A stretch of 64,000 bases of DNA from assembly GCF_009914755.1 (NCBI RefSeq), contig NC_060928.1. The stretch is one strand, 5' to 3'. The notes beneath the pieces were generated by a model, which saw only the letters and a list, made by a program, of their open reading frames with translations, searched no databases and was not told the origin of the DNA. The translations under genes and the position numbers were made by a program. Of the stretch, positions 27,993 through 41,700 are shown one piece after another (the first letter of the stretch is position 1; the number at the start of each line of letters is the position of its first letter). The DNA comes from the human T2T-CHM13v2.0 reference genome, Homo sapiens.

Positions 27993-28298
27993 CACTTCCT
28001 CAGGGGGTGAAAATAATAACCGCATCTTTGGTGTTTAGGGTTCAAAACATTTTGGTGAAAGAACAGAGAATAAATTCATGTTTAAATGAAGGAATGAAAT
28101 TAAAATGAGTGCTGGGCTTCTCAACAATGAAACCATATGTAAAACTATCGCACAGTATTTCTGGGGAGACAAACACCACCAGAGTGATTTCTCTTTATCA
28201 CTAAACATGTGGAAATAAGAAATCAATCCATACAAAGACTTCAATATGCAATCCTTACAGGATTAGTGGGAAAACCAGATTGAAAAAAAAAAGAGAGG

Positions 28299-28601
28299 GG
28301 CTGGGCATGGTAGCTCACAGCTGTAATCCCAGCACTTTGGGAGGCCAAGGCCGGTGGATCACTTCAGGTCAGGAGGTTGAGACCAGTCTGGCCAACACGG
28401 TGAAATCCTGTCTCTACTAAAAATACAAAAAAAAATTAAGCCAGGCGTGGTGATGTGCACCTGTAGTCCCAGCTATTTAGGAGGCTGAGACATGAGAATC
28501 ACTTGAACCCGAAAGGTAAAGGTTGTAGTGAGCTGAAATAGTGCCACTGCACTCCACTGTGGGCAACTGAGCAAGATTTTGTTTAAAAAAAAAAAAAAAA
28601 A
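28299..28601 (+). mobile_element. Alu (AluS)
   Basis: Dimer with A tail. Confidence 0.92.
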
Positions 28602-28993
28602 GAGAGAGAGTATAAAGAAGAATAAAAAATAGCACTATTGATAACCTGTCTCAAGCAATATTAGCCTACTCTAATGTGATATGCCTGGCATTATCATTGG
28701 GCAGTTCTCTTTATAGTTAATTCCAAGGTAGTATTTGTACTTCTACTTAAGCAAATGTAAATATTAATACCACCACCAAATCTCACAGTGTTACTAAGAA
28801 ATGATGAGCTTAGCAATATTACTGGTTAGTGCTTTACTGTTATTGGCATGAGGAGACTCTTTATGTATAGGTTGCCCTACTGGGAGAGTTGCTATCAATG
28901 CTGGCAGTTTCTGAAGCCAATTTGTTGGTTATGTCTTAAAAACTGGAGATAAAACAACCACAATTTAAAAACATCCCAAGTCAAGGCAATTAC

Positions 28994-29103
28994 CTTCACT
29001 AATATCTTGGCTGTAACTACCATCTGGTTCAATGTCCGAGGGGATCATAATGTGCCATGTGGTCATGCGGGCTTCTGCTTCCAGTCCAAATCCATCCACG
29101 TTG
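28994..29103 (-). CDS. WDFY3: WDFY3 exon w11 (110 nt): NVDGFGLEAEARMTTWHIMIPSDIEPDGSYSQDISE
   Basis: ttttcag|C acceptor; G|gtaatt donor; phase 2 to 1. Confidence 0.95.
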
Positions 29104-30170
29104 CTGAAAAATTCCAGTCAGTTTAAACTTTATGAAGGAAATGATTAGCTGAAGACTACAGTAACTAAGAATTACTCTATTTCCATTACCAGCAGACACT
29201 GAATGTCTACTCAGCAGATGCACAGAACAGAATTCTAGTTTGCCAGGAAGATGCCATTTTTAAGAGGTGATCAAATAAATCCACCTGACTAAATGTAATT
29301 AGACTGATCTATAGCATCAAGATTATTACCTTAATATTTAACATGCCTTTTGATTATTGTGAACATTTTTACCTAATAATTACAAAATGTTCATTCAACT
29401 AAGAACATTTTTCTAATATGCCTGTGTCCTCTCTCCAGTCTTATATCTCACTACTCTGCTCCTGTAGTGAAGTAGTTGCAGTTCCCCTGAGGTGCCACAC
29501 TCCTTCTTCCCTCTGGGCATTCATACAGACTGTTCTTTCCTCCAGTAGCAGTTGTCTCCATTCTCTTGTCCTCCCCAACCAGGTCTCAAGCTGCAGCTCA
29601 GCAGGTATTTCTTTCAGGTTAGGGGCCCCTCTTATGTGCCTCCAAAGCACTGGGTTGTTCCTAGCAGATCACTCAATACAGCTGACTGGTCTTGCTTAGC
29701 TGTTTCCCCTCAAGAAGGCTGCCACAGGGTCTATCATACTCACATTTTGTCCCAGCCCCTAATTCAATGCTTGGCCCCGGCAGACTCTAATGAAATATCT
29801 GTCAAAGCAATCAACTGAAAAATACTAATTTTACTCATTTAACATATAACACTGCATTGAGCTTCACTTTTTACTTCTCTTAGATTTCAATGGTATATAT
29901 TTTATTTGCTTTAAAAGCAAACTTCCTTATATAAGTGACATATGGTGATAATGGAAAATTTTAAAGGTGTAGAAAACTAAGTTAAAGGAAAAAAAAATAC
30001 CCATTATTTCACTGCAAAAATTCAACACTTGCCCTTTACCTTTTTACATAAAGGTTTAAATAAAACAGAGTAAGGGTAAAAGAAATGTTACTATCAAAAA
30101 AAATAAAGAATTTTGTTGGAATAACATCAAAGCCAAATTTAACATGGCAAACTGAACCTAAAGGATTTAC

Positions 30171-30400
30171 CTTCCAACATGTAGATTTATCAAGCAGTGG
30201 GCCAGACAGCTAATGAATTCTTGGTCATGGTTCCCAGGTCCCAGGATCAAGTTTCTGTTTACAGTGAGGACCCTGAGTGAATCAAGCAGAGCTACTTGCT
30301 GAGGAACGGTTTTGTGTGCCCGTGAGAACTGGTACAAGATGGTCCTATTGAGGCAATGATACACTGCATCCAGTGACAATCCCTGTGATCTTCTCTTTGA
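30171..30400 (-). CDS. WDFY3: WDFY3 exon w10 (230 nt): SKRRSQGLSLDAVYHC...INLHVG
   Basis: Overlaps ORF 30167..30379; tttag|TCA acceptor; AG|gtaaat donor. Confidence 0.96.
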
Positions 30401-31224
30401 CTAAAGACATGAAAGGTATGTTTTTAGTATAATAGACAAAAGTAAAACACCTGTTAATCATTCATACATGAACTTTTATTAGGTCTATTATATACCAGAT
30501 GCCATGCTAAGTATGCAGGTGCTAAGTTAAAAGATACAAAGCTCTTACTATTATGGATTTCAGAACCCATGAGACACATCAATATCATCTAATGAATGAT
30601 ATGAGGGCTACATAAAAAAAAAGAGCTCCCAGGGAGGAGAGCCACTAACGATGCTGTGGGGCAGAGCAGTCTCCCTGAGAACACGAGGATGTGACAGCTA
30701 GGGGAGTCTCCTCACAAATATATTTTGTTAGGATAAATGATCTATATTCAAAAGTACTGAAAAAAATTAAGATGTTACTAAAATCATTTTTTTTTGACAT
30801 TCTAATTTCATCCCCTCATTTGAGAATTTTTCTCTTTGGCTTAAATACAAATATATCCCTTTGAAAAGTCTTAGGTGACATGACAGAGCCTATGTATCTG
30901 TGTAGCATATGCTAACAAAACATGTAACAATTATTTCTTACTTTCTACATTAAGTATTAAATAAGATTAATCAATTGTGCCAAACCAGGCCAAACCCTTA
31001 ATTAAAAGTACTGTGAACATGCACAAAAAATAACAACTTCAAGAGAATATAAACTACAAGGAACTTTGTAAAGATTCAACTGATAAGAGAATATTCTTTT
31101 AATATCAACTCTTCATGCTGTGTAAGCCTTTACACATGGATGTAGTATACAGTACAAACCTACCAAACTGTATTACTGTATTAAGGTATTTAAATCTATC
31201 TGGGTAGCAAAGAATAATACCTAG

Positions 31225-31614
<390 letters not shown>

Positions 31615-31744
31615 TAATAAGCTTAGCTTTTTCTTAAATGTTAACATTCATTATCTTATTAGTTATATTTAATTTCAACAATTTTGACACCATAGGCAAA
31701 ACAGGAAAACATGTACTCTACAACTGATAGTGACAATGGATTAC

Positions 31745-31905
31745 CTGTGCAATTAGTTGAATTATAAAATCTATAAGAAGTTTAGATTCTTTGTTGAACA
31801 TGCCTTGCCAAAGCTTGTCCACCACACGCTGTGTGAAATAAAACACATTGTTCACCAATACCTGGTAGCTTCCTCCACTGGTAATAGGCAGAGATGCATC
31901 TTCCC
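31745..31905 (-). CDS. WDFY3: WDFY3 exon w9 (161 nt): EDASLPITSGGSYQV...IIQLIAQ
   Basis: tttag|GG acceptor; CAG|gtaatc donor; phase 1 to 0. Confidence 0.95.
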
Positions 31906-32527
31906 CTAAATTCCAGTAGGAAAAAAAGTCTAAGAAAATTGATATCTACCAACACAGGACCAGATCCTCAAAAAAAAAATCAGGCTAAGGTAAAATAAGT
32001 GTATCTACAACAGGTAGCAATATGACTACTAGCTTTTATGCACTACTTGAAGAAAATGACATTCAATGGCCAGAAATCAGGATAAATAATTTCAGCAGGA
32101 TAAAGCGTTATGGATTGAAACTACCTGTGGAGTCTCCTATTGCCTAAAGAGAGTCTGTGATAAACAAGCAGTTCCTCAACATAAACTGTCAGTCACAGCT
32201 GTTCTCCATTTGAGAGAAAACGGGCCAGTTTATTAGCTCTTAATTGATTTTGTGTATGTAATAAAGGGTAAAACTGTGAAACAAAACTCTGTTTTAGTGT
32301 ATAGCTCTAATAGCAGTGAAGTAACACAGACAGAAGAGAGCTTCAAGAAAACTGTGAAAAATAAAGTATAATCATTGTTGAGGGGTGTGTTTAGCCCCTC
32401 CATCATTACCATCAGCTCTCTCTCTTTCTAAAGCTATCCGAGTGTTTTCAGTGTGTTTGCCATATACATATTGCTTTCAGACTAATCCTCCTAGCTCCTC
32501 CTCCTAACCAGAATGCTTCCTCTAAGC

Positions 32528-32827
32528 CAGGGGTCCCCAACTCCCAGGCCATGGAACGGACCACACAGCAAGAGGTGTGAGGTGGGTGTGCAAGCATTAC
32601 CACCTGAGCTCCTTCTGTCATATCAGCAGCGGCATTAGATTCTCATTGGAGTGCAAGCCCTATTATGAACCGTGCATGCAAGGGATCCAGGGTTGCACAG
32701 TCCTTCCGAGAATCAAATGATAAATGTAATGCTTGCATCATCGCAAAACCGTAATCCCCCCTTAGTCTGTGGAAAAACTGTCCTCCATGAAACTGGTCCC
32801 CAGTGCCAAAAAGGTTGGGGACCACTG
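32528..32827 (+). mobile_element. MER1B-like (hAT-Charlie)
   Basis: TIRs CAGGGGTCCCCAAC / GTTGGGGACCACTG; 8-bp TSD CTCTAAGC/CTTTAAGC. Confidence 0.88.
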
Positions 32828-33289
32828 CTTTAAGCCCTTCCTCCACAGAAATTCTGGAGGTGCCACAGAATTTGATTTTTATTATTCTCACCTAATGCTA
32901 AATTGCCCCATTAAGCAAAATTATTTGTGTTGTGTCTTTGTGTAGTATGACTGCTCTAAACTGGTAAGAATAAGTACAAAAGTGTGAATTGACTTGAGAG
33001 TGCACAGTTGCATGTTGAGACAATACTAAAGATTTCCTGGCAAATTTACTTCGGGAAAAAAATTGTAATTTAATAGCACAGAGGTTATATGATTAGCACT
33101 ATTGCTAGGAACTCAAAAGTAGCACATATAGTATACTAACCCATTATGTTTCCTTCTTTTATAATTCTACTTTGTTTTATACACAAATGTTGGCTTCACT
33201 GTAAATGTATTAAGTTTTATATTTGTATTGTAATTAGATACAGACATACAGAAAAAACACATTTCAATGTGTTTTGACTCTATGTCCTG

Positions 33290-33600
33290 GAAGCCATACT
33301 AAAAAGATAACATACATATACCTATGACCTAACAATTCCACTCATAGGTATATACTCAACAGATTATGTGTAAGTATTGTACACCTATGTGGTCCATATG
33401 AACAAGAATGTTCATAGCAGCTGTTAAAATAATTATCTCAAGCTGAAAACTTTCATATATCTGTCAAGAGTAAAATGACAAATTCATATATTCACATGAT
33501 GAAATACTATAATGTACTCCTGCTACATGCAACAAGATAGACAAATCTCACAAATATAATGTTGAGTATGAGAAGCTAGACAAAAAAGGAAAGAAAAAAG
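33290..33600 (+). mobile_element. Old L1M 3' fragment
   Basis: CTATGACCTAACAATTCCACTC..GAATGTTCATAGCAGC..AATCTCACAAATATAATGTTGAG. Confidence 0.65.
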
Positions 33601-33683
33601 CTGATGTTAAAAAGTAGTTTTACTTGGGGCTTAGAGAGGAAAGTGATTATAGGTATTTCTATAAAATAAAAACACAGAATTAC

Positions 33684-33783
33684 CTAATAACACATCAGCT
33701 GCAAGCAAATGGTCCATCACGCTATCCAAAATGTAAGTTTGAAATTCTTTTTGCTGAGTTCTTGTAGACCTTTCAGGGGAAGC
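33684..33783 (-). CDS. WDFY3: WDFY3 exon w8 (100 nt): ASPERSTRTQQKEFQTYILDSVMDHLLAADVLL
   Basis: attag|GCT acceptor; G|gtaatt donor; phase 0 to 1. Confidence 0.95.
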
Positions 33784-34046
33784 CTAATCAAGAAAATTTA
33801 GAATTAGAAACAGAACCAACTAAAACAAAAATATGAGCTCAACCACATTTACATTACCTAATATATTAAAAAGATTAAAAAATTCTACTAATAAATTTGT
33901 TTTAAATGCCATGAGAGATGGTATACATGCTATGCTTATGGTCTTTCACGTATTTTCTGACTACAGAATTAAAAAAAATTTAAAGCAAAGGTGAAACATC
34001 ATCTTCTTTTGAATCCATTATTTAAAACATAGTATTCTAAACATTA

Positions 34047-34179
34047 TATTTATTATATTGTTATAGTTTATATTATATAATATATAGTATATATAATATA
34101 TAAAACTATATATAATATTGTTATATAAAAACTGTTATAACAGTTTATAACAATATAAACTACAATAATATAATAAATA
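34047..34179. repeat. AT-rich low-complexity tract with nested inverted repeats
   Basis: Outer arms TATTTATTATATT/AATATAATAAATA; 18-bp palindrome AAACTGTTATAACAGTTT at 34129-34146. Confidence 0.8.
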
Positions 34180-34444
34180 CTTGACTATTATCACACCTCA
34201 CTTCCAAAAGAGATATGGTGGTTTACAATGAAATACAGGTAAAATAAATAACAAATGAATTATAAAGCCATTAAAACTAATACAAAAACCCAAGAATCTA
34301 GTAATCAAGAGGGCATGTCAATAGGGAGGGGAAATACATTTGTAACAAAAAACTAAGCACACAATTTAGCTCTGAGCTTCATAGATGTCAAGAAAAAAAT
34401 GGTTTACAAAGCTTTTTATTGTCTATAAAAAGAAACACATAGCG

Positions 34445-34546
34445 TCAAGTGCCTACAGTCCCAGCCACTAGGGAGGCTGGGGTGGGAGGATCACATGATT
34501 TTGAGTCAAGCCTGTGCAATACAGCAAGAACCTTTTATTAAAAAAA
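34445..34546 (+). mobile_element. Old Alu monomer whose A tail received the AluYa5
   Basis: GTGCCTACAGTCCCAGC..GGAGGCTG..AGCCTG. Confidence 0.65.
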
Positions 34547-34555
34547 GTAAGAAGG

Positions 34556-35031
<476 letters not shown>

Positions 35032-35903
35032 TTATCTTATGTTAAAGTGTAGAGCACAAAGTTAAACTGTAGTCTACTGACAACAATTCTACTTGTAATT
35101 AGGGTATGAAAATCCAGGTGCATAACTTTCCAGTATCTGATCCAGTGAGTAGCAAGGAACTGGGAACAGAGGGATGAGATGTAGGAAAGAGCCTTTTGTC
35201 ATCCTCAAATGCCAGTAGTTTCAGCCAGGTTTTTGATAGGAGTTGGATATTAAACAATTCAATAAATGTCATAACTTCCTTTCTTAAAAAGAGATCTGTA
35301 TGTTTTAGATTCAGGCACAGTATTGAGGTTTTGCAAGTGAAATGGAAGAACCTACTTATTCTTGAATAGAGAGATCCAGGACTGTATTTATGACCCTGTT
35401 ACAAAGATGGGCTTTTGGAATGCTGTTCTATTTTCCCTTCTATTCTGATTTTCAAGGTGGTCCTATTAAATGTTTTAAGAAAGTAGCTAGAATAAAAGTT
35501 CTACATTGAGAACAAGAATACTAGCTTAAGTTCTCAAAAGCCAACAGCTAAACCAAAATTGTAAGGAAAATTGCTCTTTCTTCTGCATGAGACTATTCAT
35601 TTTGTTTTAAAATGACAAAATATGGGTCTAGTAAGAATTAAAAGAATACCAGTGCTTAGGAGTTTGGTTTGTCATTAAACTAATTTGGGAAAAAGTGAAG
35701 AACATCTCATGTTTTTATCTTTATAAATTTTCCTGTGTATTTGAACAGATTAATACAATAGCGAGCAGGAGACTTGTGACCAAGGCCTGTCTAGTCCTTT
35801 CAAGCCGATACTACATTGGGAGTCTTATCCCTATAAACTGAAGAGGATGTGAGGACTTTTAAGTGATTAACAGCAGACTGATAGTTCCAGGAGGCTTTCC
35901 TTA

Positions 35904-36320
<417 letters not shown>

Positions 36321-37535
36321 TCAGGTTCATAATCAACTCAAGGTGGTTAATGAGATTAGTAATGAGTAGGGCTTATCAAATCTTAACTAGAAAAAGTTTT
36401 GAAGTCTGTAAAACAAAGGGACTATTAAACGTACAGAAATGCTTGGTGAATAACATTTATTTTTATTAAAATAATATTCTTTCTTATTCCAGAAGGATTT
36501 AACACTGGCTCAGTCATCAACAGGCATTTAATCTTCTGATTCATCTCAATAAAACTGTTACACGAATGATGAGGACCCAGAATTTACACTTGTTACTGGT
36601 CCTAGTGGCCTAGTTTGATGTTCTTACTGAGATGTATAGCAGTCTAACTTTTCAAGGACTTAACATTTTATGAAAGCATGCATTATTGTCTCGGAGGTGT
36701 TCTTTTTCTTTTTAAACAATTCACTGGACTACTGTTTTGTGCCAGACACAGGGCTTATATATATACATTATCTCATATAGTCAGGAAAATACCCTTGAAA
36801 TAGATACTAACATCCCCATTTTAGAAATAATTGAGGCTTAGAGAGAGTAAGTCACTTGGTCAAGTCACAACTAGGATTCAAATCTCAGTTTCTGTGAAGC
36901 CAAAGCCCATGGCTTCACCAGTTATGTCATACTCTCCCCACTCTACTAAAATCTCCTTATGAAAGTTAAAAGCACAAGAGCAAATCTGCAAAGTGTGGGC
37001 TACAATCTCTTCATCACTCTTTTAGATAAGACTGGTTGGCCCACCAGACAACCAGAATGAAGGCAGGACAGGCACGGTGATCTGCTCTGGACTCTGGTGG
37101 TCAGATCTGTTTTCCTGGTGAAAACAGCAAAGCCAGTCAACATATCCATCAGTCTCCTTTTTAAGGTCTTGGGGACACTACCCAGGATCTTTGTGTCCCA
37201 CACACAGGCCAGACAGCCCTTACGCATCTGCTGCCCATGGGTAGACAGCACAGTGGCTATGGAAGGAAGGCCTTTGGAATTCTGTCCTGTTTCTGTAATG
37301 GGCTGGAAGCCTTTAAAGATAGGATTTTGAGACTCCTGATTCTGACTGTAGTCTGCCTGTTGACTGATTTTTCCTCTCTGAGTTACTTTGTGGTGCTCTC
37401 TTTGCCCAATTTGCCATTGTTTTTTGCTTGTTTCCCTGTAGTTCCTCAGGGTGGGTTTCACTCTGATGTATGACAATGGGGAGCTCTTGTAGAAGATGGT
37501 TGGCATAGAGTCCAGTGAACTCCTCAGACCATAGC

Positions 37536-37983
37536 AATGTGCTTATGTTGGCTGTATCCCCTACCAAATCTCATCTTGAATTGTAGCTCCCATAATCCCC
37601 ACAAGTCATGAGAGGGACACAGTGGAAGGTAATTAAATCATGGGGGTGGTTACTCTCATGCTGTTCTTGTGATAGTGAGTGAGTTCTCATGAGATCTGAT
37701 GGTTTTATAAGGGGGTTTTCCCCTACTTCATTCTGCACTTGTCCTTGCTGCCACCATGTGAAGATGGATGTGTTTGCTTCCCCTTCTGCCATGACTGTAA
37801 GTTTCCTGAGGCATCCCCAGCCATGCTGAATTATGAGTCAATTAAACCTCTTTCCTTTATAAATTTTTATTTTTATAAATTTATAAAATTTATATAAAGG
37901 AAAATTTTTATAAATTTTCCTTTATGAAGACATACCCAGTCTCGGGTATGTCTTTATTAGTAGTGTGAGCTTGGACTAACACG
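37536..37983 (+). mobile_element. THE1 (ERVL-MaLR) solo LTR with AT-rich internal insertion
   Basis: CAAATCTCATCTTGAATTGTAGCTCCCATAATCCCC...GAGTCAATTAAACCTCTTTCCTTTATAAAT...CCCAGTCTCGGGTATGTCTTTATTAG. Confidence 0.9.
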
Positions 37984-38870
37984 CACTCCAAGTCAGCACC
38001 CTCTCAGTTTCATTATCTTTACCTCCAGGTATACACAAATCTGTTTGAGCTGTTCTCATGCACTTTCTTCCCATTGCCACGGTATTTATTTGCAGCAAAT
38101 TCATTTGGCTCTTCATGAGAAGTCTGGTGGTGACAGCACAGGGCACTGATAAACAGGAGCTAGGAGAAGAGTCTCCAGGCACCCTTGTAGAAGCCAACAC
38201 AGGCCACGTAGTCAATTTTTTGAGTATGTTTAAGTGTTGGGCACTGTGTTATGAATATTAAATCTTATTTAGTTTTCACAATAATTCTCAGAGAGAGGTT
38301 CACTTTTATATCATTTTACAGATGTGTAAATTGTATAGATGTGAAGAGAATTGAACTTGGTCAAGGCCACACAGCTATATCCAGCACACATGTAATTCCT
38401 CAGAATACTTTTTGTTGGGTGATGTACATATATTTAATCCTCACAATAATCTTGTAAGAGAGATGGTAAATAATATCATTCTCTAGAGAATGAATTTAGC
38501 TTGGGAAGATGAAAATGCTTATATAATAAACAACAGGGCCAGAATTTAAACCCAGGCACTTCTTACTCTCAAACCCATGCTCTAGCTTTCTGCCACACCA
38601 CACTACTTCCCTTGTATTTGGCCTCAGTCACACTAAAGCCAGTCTATATGAATGGGAATCTCCTACTTTTATGCTAATGAATTTTACTGCTAATGAAGAT
38701 AATTTTACATGTTCTTTTGTAGGTATAATCAAGTAAGTAGATACTTTTATGATGAAATTCTAACACTCATAGGACTGAAGATGCTCTGGTTCACATTTAC
38801 TGGACTCAGATGTTCAAGCCCCTTCCTTCACAAAGGTAAATGGTAAATATGTAAGATAATTCTCTCTCTC

Positions 38871-39173
38871 TTTTTTTTTTTTTGAGACAGGGTCTCACTC
38901 TGACACCCAGGCTGGAATGCATTGGAATGCAGTGGTGTAATTACGGCTCACTGCAACTTTGAACACCTGGGCTCAAGCGATCCTTCCACCTTAGCCTCCA
39001 GTAGGTAGGATACAGGCACGCACCACAACACTGGCTATGGCTAATTTTTTTGTAAAGATGGGATTTCACCTGTTGCCCGGGTTGGTCTTGAACTCCTAAC
39101 TTTAAGCAATCCTTCTGCCTTGACCTCCCAAAGAAAGTGTTGGGATTACAGGCATGAGCCACCATGCTCAACC
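38871..39173 (-). mobile_element. Alu (AluJ)
   Basis: Reverse dimer GAGACAGGGTCTCACTCTG..CTGGGCTCAAGCGATCC. Confidence 0.9.
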
Positions 39174-39446
39174 TAATTTTCTTCTTGAATCTCTTCATGG
39201 ATAAAGACTTCATAATCATAATTTTCAAAATCATATGTTTATAATTTATTCTGTTACACCATTGGAAGACATAGAATGTTAATATTTCATTAATATAATT
39301 TTTTTTGTATATGTATTCTGCATATGTATATTAAAGATACTCAAAATATTTAAAAGTAAATTTCTATGTTCTTTATTAGATAGTATCCTATCTTCCTGTT
39401 TGGGAATTTCCAGGGATGAAGTTAATAGTTAAATGATTCAAAAATA

Positions 39447-39657
39447 CACTAAGCCTTACTTAATGTCATTGACAGGCTCCTGGCAACTGCAACTTTAAGT
39501 GAAACAATGTACAGCAGGTCCTCAAATAACATCATTTCCTTCAACCTAGTTTTATTATAAGGTTGACGAGGAAAAAAATTTAGTTTTGTTACACATCATT
39601 TTGCTTAAAGTTGCAGCTACCAAGAACTTATCAATGACGTTAAGTGAGGACTTACTG
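39447..39657. mobile_element. Tigger4a/MER46-like MITE
   Basis: Long imperfect TIRs (CACTAAGCCTTACTTAATGTC.. / ..GACGTTAAGTGAGGACTTACTG) flanked by TA. Confidence 0.8.
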
Positions 39658-40434
39658 TACTGACAGAATACACCAAGGCACTGTGCTAAAAGTTGTGAGA
39701 GATGAAGGAACACATGAAAGTTGTTCTCTAAGCAGTTTATAATCTATCTGGAAGCTTCAATCCTGACACCCCCTGCTTTTCCCTGAACTGTACTCCTACT
39801 CGCTAGTATATTGAAGCACTATTCTACCGTAGGGCAAATTCATGCCCACAACAAAGAGAACCTTACTTCAAGGTTAATACATGTTATTATATATCAAATT
39901 CTTCCTACTAAAAAATATAGAAAACAAAAATAAAGGGCAATTATACAATTTAAATATGGGTAATTAATTAGCTATTCAGGTACCAGAAGCTTGAAAATGC
40001 TATCACTGTATGTTTCCAGTCATTCCATATCTTTCATGTATGTATTTTCCTTTTTTGATCAGTTATGCTTTCTTGCACACATCTCTTCTGGACTTTATCC
40101 TATTATTTTCCAATAAACTATTTCACTTTTTCATAAAATGCTTCAAATTTTTACCCTATACAGTAAGATACTGGTCATCTCTCTTAGAGCTTTTTAAAGT
40201 TTCCAAAGGGGAGACGTTCCATTGGGCCTGCTTTTTAATTCTACCACATGCATTAGTGAGGAAACCAATTATTCTCCTGCCATTATTAAACACTGTCATC
40301 CTGGTTAAATGCTTAGCATAACTGGTACCCTAATTACATTAGTGATTTTAAAAAAAATTGACCAAATTGAGATACTTTCGCATGAATAAGATAAACATGT
40401 GGTTTTCAGGTTTCTATTTATAAGTTAACTGTAC

Positions 40435-40453
40435 TAGCCACTAGAGGGAGCAC
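40435..40453 (+). promoter_or_regulatory. Candidate CTCF binding site
   Basis: TAGCCACTAGAGGGAGCAC closely fits the CTCF core (CCAsyAGrkGGCrs) in non-repetitive intron; motif only, no binding data. Confidence 0.6.
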
Positions 40454-41016
40454 AAAAAAAAAAAATCTCAGGTTCAGCTGTCAAACTGCTGAGAGACAGT
40501 GCAGTTCCTCAGGGAGAAAAGCAGTCTTCTCCACAGATTTACTCTTTCATAAAACATGTTATTTTCAGAGCCCCTGGCATGGACTGTTTGACCTTATTTA
40601 TATGAATTGGTCAAAAGAACATTAATGTATATGCAACTAATTACATTGTATTAAATTTTCTCTCTGTGATATCTTCAGACTTTTCTAGGTAAACATTTTT
40701 TAATGCTTTTCTGGGATAGCTAATTTCTAGAGGCAGCAATGAGGTCACTTAAAGGCTTAGAGCCACTCTCATTTTCTGATGCATCAGTTGATTCATATCA
40801 ATTGTCAGGAGAATGGGCAGGCAGCCAACCTAGAAGTTTGCTGCCTTGGGGAATTTAACAAGTACATCCTGGGCACCTGTTCTGTACAATGCACCATGTC
40901 TTAAGTTGCACAGGACACTGACAACAGTAATACCTGGCAATGACAGGTAAGAGAAATTGATGTAGGAAATTATAAGGTAAGAAGACAATGCCACTAGGCA
41001 CTGTTAATGTCCAGGG

Positions 41017-41232
41017 AAGGGGTTGGCACACTATGGCCTGTGGGCCAAATCCAGCCTGTGCTGTTTCTGTAGATAAAGTTTTATCAGAACACTGCCATGC
41101 TCATTCTCTTACGTATTGTCCATGGCTGCTTTCTAGCTACAACATACTTGAACAGATGTGACAGAGACCGTATGGCCCACAAGCTTAAAATATTTACTAT
41201 TTGGCTTTTTACAGAAGAAGTTCGCCAGCTCT
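41017..41232. mobile_element. MER58A-like hAT
   Basis: GGGGTTGGCA..TATGGCCTGTGGGCCAAATCCAGCC..AATATTTACTAT..TTTACAGAA. Confidence 0.8.
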
Positions 41233-41466
41233 TAGAGAAAGGATGATAAAGGACTGAATTAGAGACATCCTTGAGGGAAGGAAAAGAACAAACTGATAGG
41301 GTTTAAAGCACATGTGGGATTAAGAACTTTCCACAGCCTATAACATGTTCTGCCTACACATAAACAAGAGGAATTAGAAATCCTTGTTATAGAACTTGTT
41401 TGGTTACTAATGTTCTAATTTAAAAAGTAATGCAAAAGAGATGTAAATGCGTTTCTTTTTCTTTAC

Positions 41467-41700
41467 CTCCAACAAAAGATCAATTAGTGGAGTTTGCTTG
41501 CTGGCAGGAGTGAGACAGAGGTTGTCTATGATTAAGACCCGCATGAAGTCAAAAACGAACTTTTTAGCCGGGTGATTGGTCAGATATGTCTTGGTGCCCA
41601 CATTGCAGTACTCTGATTGGCTCCTGTTCATCCCTGTGTCTGCTGCAAACGCTTTAAACTCTTCTGCTGGAGATCCAACTTCATCATCAAGGTCAGTCAC
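41467..41700 (-). CDS. WDFY3: WDFY3 exon w7 (234 nt): VTDLDDEVGSP...LIDLLLE
   Basis: Within ORF 41407..41700; actag|GTG acceptor; GAG|gtaaag donor; phase 0-0. Confidence 0.96.

Noticed and set aside
39447-39657. Long hairpin as a possible pre-miRNA
   Set aside because: Explained by the terminal inverted repeats of a Tigger4/MER46-like MITE; no evidence of processing
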